Part shown: positions 55,810 to 58,142 of the stretch, piece after piece
Layout: every line of letters begins with the position of its first letter
How positions within the stretch are numbered: the first letter of the stretch is position 1
Source: a virus
Lineage: Duplodnaviria; Caudoviricetes
Virus record (IMG/VR): IMGVR_UViG_3300013129_000001
Span: 1 to 58,142 of that record
Reading direction: 5' to 3' (one strand)
DNA length: 58,142 bases
The notes under the pieces: generated by a model
What the model saw: the letters and a program-made list of their open reading frames with translations, nothing else
Databases searched by the model: none
What the model was told of the DNA's origin: nothing
Made by a program: the position numbers and the translations under genes

Positions 55810-57078
55810 TTGGGGATCCTAAAAAAAGAAATCGCCTATAGAGAGTGGAAGGAAAACATGAAAAAAGATACTAGACAAATAGAGTTTGACGGTTCAATCA
55901 GAGACTATCTGATGAGGAACAGTGGTTTTACAGTTGGTCTTAATATGCCAACAGCATTAAGTGGAGAAACGACTTTTGGTTTGCCGCCTTATTCAAAACG
56001 AATGCCGTTCTTGGTCGATAAATATCCATCCTGTCCAAAAGACTGGATGAGGAGCGAAGGTAAGATTAAGAGCTTCTTTGTCCCTGTAATAGAAGGAAGA
56101 GGCATGTGGCTAGATTTCAACGAAAACGAAAATAACTCACATCATGTTGCAATAGTTATATCGGTACAGGGCGTAAATCCAGTAACCGGAATGCCTTGTC
56201 ACGATGCCCAACTAGAACAGTATATCGAAGAGTGTCCAAAGCATAAGATTAAGTTTGGACCAGATCGTTATTGTTCCAAATGCGATTATAAATGGCCGAA
56301 ACAAAACTATATCAGTACAACGGCTACTCCCAGAGGGCTATTGTGGCTAGATGGTTTTAGAACAGTTGAAGGTGTTGTAAGGCAATACATTCTGACTGCC
56401 GAAAAAATGCGAGGAGTTGCTTCTAATGTAATAGGCAAGGATAGGGTATATGCTATTGGGTTGAGTTTCTTCGTATCAAAAGAAAAAAGACCTCCTCAGG
56501 TTGATACGGGGATTCTAAGGGGAATGACAGTTGGATCCGCATCAAGTACGACATACGGAAGCCCAATGTGGTACTCTCCAGTTCATACTCCGATTAATTG
56601 GCAAATTCCGGGAGACTCTCTAGAATCTCTTGGAGAAATTGGAGATTCATATACCGATAATTCTACTAGTGGAGGAGGAACTCAATCTAACATCAACTTT
56701 ACTTGCAGTAACTCGTCACCTCAATATGGAGAAGCAACAAAGAGCAGTAAACGCAGTAAGGGAGTACAAAAATGCTTCTCCTCTGGTTTAAACTTGGGTC
56801 AGGCTCAATTATCTAAATTGTCAAACGATCCCAACCTTAAAATAACAACTCATCATGCGATTCAAGTTCAAAAATTAGAGGTTGGAGCAGGAGCGAAAAT
56901 TAGTCAGGCTGTTTATGATGATCCGGAAAGATTGGAATTCTGGCATGATACTCCGGAATCCATCATATGCATTAATTATTGCAGCGAAGATGACGCTCGC
57001 AAAATCGTTGAACAAGGGGAGGTTAATATAGAAGGGCACAAGGAAGGGTTTTTAAAGGAAGTACCGGTTGGTAACTAA
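55810..57078 (+). CDS. Uncharacterised protein carrying two portal-like peptide blocks
   Basis: Core motifs GMWLDF, VQGVNPVTG, QNY and WLDGF..GVVRQ. The start is uncertain (55858 or frameshifted 55797). The C-terminal Ser/Gly-rich region has SPVHTPINWQIP and NDPNL...THHA. Confidence 0.8.
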   Translation: MGILKKEIAYREWKENMKKDTRQIEFDGSIRDYLMRNSGFTVGLNMPTALSGETTFGLPPYSKRMPFLVDKYPSCPKDWMRSEGKIKSFFVPVIEGRGMWLDFNENENNSHHVAIVISVQGVNPVTGMPCHDAQLEQYIEECPKHKIKFGPDRYCSKCDYKWPKQNYISTTATPRGLLWLDGFRTVEGVVRQYILTAEKMRGVASNVIGKDRVYAIGLSFFVSKEKRPPQVDTGILRGMTVGSASSTTYGSPMWYSPVHTPINWQIPGDSLESLGEIGDSYTDNSTSGGGTQSNINFTCSNSSPQYGEATKSSKRSKGVQKCFSSGLNLGQAQLSKLSNDPNLKITTHHAIQVQKLEVGAGAKISQAVYDDPERLEFWHDTPESIICINYCSEDDARKIVEQGEVNIEGHKEGFLKEVPVGN

Positions 57079-57095
57079 AAAGAAAGGATGAAGTC

Positions 57096-57848
57096 ATGAA
57101 AAAGAATTACACACATATTAGCGTAGTATTGGATAAGTCAGGTTCAATGGAGAGTTGTCTAAAAGATACTATTGGTGGATTCAATCAGTTTTTGAAGACC
57201 CAGAAAGAACTTAAGGGCGATGCTACATTCACAATGGTTCAATTTAACTGCAATTATGATATGATTGTAGATATGCTACCATTGAAGAATGTAGAAGAAT
57301 TGAGCAATGAAAATTACTGTCCCAATGGAGGTACGGCTCTTTTGGACGCTATCGGAAGAACTATTAATAATGTCGAAAGTAAAATTAATGATAAAGACGA
57401 AGATGCGAAGCCAGAAAAGGTCATTTTCGTTATCATTACCGATGGAGAGGAAAATTCTAGCAAGGAATTCAATCGTGAACAGATTATGCAAATGATTAAC
57501 AACCATAGAAGCGAACAAAAGTGGGAGTTTGTATTTATCGGTGCTAATCAGGACGCAATTCAGTCCGGAAGCGGAATGGGAGTCAGAGCGGGAAATTCTC
57601 TTAGTTATGCCGCCTCTGGTGCCGGTGTTCAAGCCATGTATTGCTCGCTAACCAAGGGTATGACAAGCTATAGAAGTTTAAGTTTTGATGAAACAAAAGA
57701 TATGGACTTCTTTGACGCAACAGATAGAGAGGCACAGGAAGATTTGGGAGCTCAGAAAAGTTCTTTCATAAAGAATCCCAAGGGTATGTTCCAAAATATG
57801 TATGCAGGAACAACAACCGATGTCAAAAAGCCCAAGTCTAAAAAATAA
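57096..57848 (+). CDS. von Willebrand factor A domain protein
   Basis: MIDAS DKSGSM, GGTALLDAIG, IITDGEENSS and FIGANQDA. Confidence 0.9.
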   Translation: MKKNYTHISVVLDKSGSMESCLKDTIGGFNQFLKTQKELKGDATFTMVQFNCNYDMIVDMLPLKNVEELSNENYCPNGGTALLDAIGRTINNVESKINDKDEDAKPEKVIFVIITDGEENSSKEFNREQIMQMINNHRSEQKWEFVFIGANQDAIQSGSGMGVRAGNSLSYAASGAGVQAMYCSLTKGMTSYRSLSFDETKDMDFFDATDREAQEDLGAQKSSFIKNPKGMFQNMYAGTTTDVKKPKSKK

Positions 57849-57861
57849 CTCCAGATAATAC

Positions 57862-57897
57862 AAAAAAAGGAGAAGATATTTGATCTTCTCCTTTTTT
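57862..57897 (+). terminator. Bidirectional rho-independent terminator
   Basis: Stem AAAAAAGGAGAAGAT/ATCTTCTCCTTTTTT with A and T tracts on either side. Confidence 0.8.
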
Positions 57898-58020
57898 GTT
57901 TTTAGAGGGTTATTTTGGAATCCAGAGAGTTGATATACTGCCAATGGTCACAGAACATCGAGGGAAAGACCTTGCCTATAGATGTCTGATATCATTGGGC
58001 TTATTTAAAGATGCTCTATA

Positions 58021-58142
58021 TGAACTACCCAAACACTAAAGATGTTTGGGTTTCGTGACTCACAGACTTGTCTTTGACTTGTGCAAAGACAAGTCTGACA
58101 ACGCCTCCTCACGTTTTTATTTATACTAAGAATGCATCCCAC
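58021..58142 (-). mobile_element. Probable IS200/IS605-family (tnpB) right end / omega-RNA scaffold 3' part
   Basis: Minus strand ends GAAACCCAAACATCTTTAGTGTTTGGGTAGTTCA (8-bp subterminal hairpin plus TAGTTCA), preceded by a 14-bp hairpin. The tnpB gene itself is not visible in the window. Confidence 0.55.

Noticed and set aside
92-57944. Numerous antisense or overlapping ORFs in the track (e.g. 16287-16904, 29638-30258, 28029-28550)
   Set aside because: They are shadows of long, motif-bearing genes on the other strand or frame, and I recognised no motifs in them.
1-58142. Stop-codon reassignment as seen in some large phages
   Set aside because: TAA, TAG and TGA all terminate intact conserved genes, and coding density is already high in the standard code.
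1-58142. tRNA or rRNA genes
   Set aside because: No cloverleaf or T-loop motifs were seen by eye in the short intergenic gaps; a tRNAscan run would be needed to exclude them formally.

Overview
This is a gene-dense segment of a large tailed dsDNA phage genome, read in the standard genetic code. All family assignments come from reading motifs by eye, not from database searches. Most of the minus strand is a head-morphogenesis region: large terminase, an intein-containing portal fused to a C-terminal DUF559-like nuclease, a 1842-aa prohead protease/scaffold, a probable decoration protein and an HK97-type major capsid protein. It also carries two Ycf46-like AAA ATPases, DUF1257- and DUF2997-like genes, a trypsin-like protease and a class II ribonucleotide reductase. 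The plus strand carries a CCA-adding enzyme, an array of nine small unrelated genes sharing an NWY[KR][KR]A leader, a lysozyme-domain protein and a sigma70-driven cluster ending in a vWA gene. Main observations: (1) an apparent leader and cleavage code (MNWYKKA, MKIYKIA, [KR]-x-A) that may route many enzymes into the capsid; (2) a non-structural protein carrying two peptide blocks matching the phage's own portal; (3) twelve rigidly spaced AGG-N19-GAA promoters resembling the sigma-H consensus; (4) a five-copy palindromic array in an AT-rich gap; (5) a probable IS200/IS605 (TnpB) right end at the window edge.
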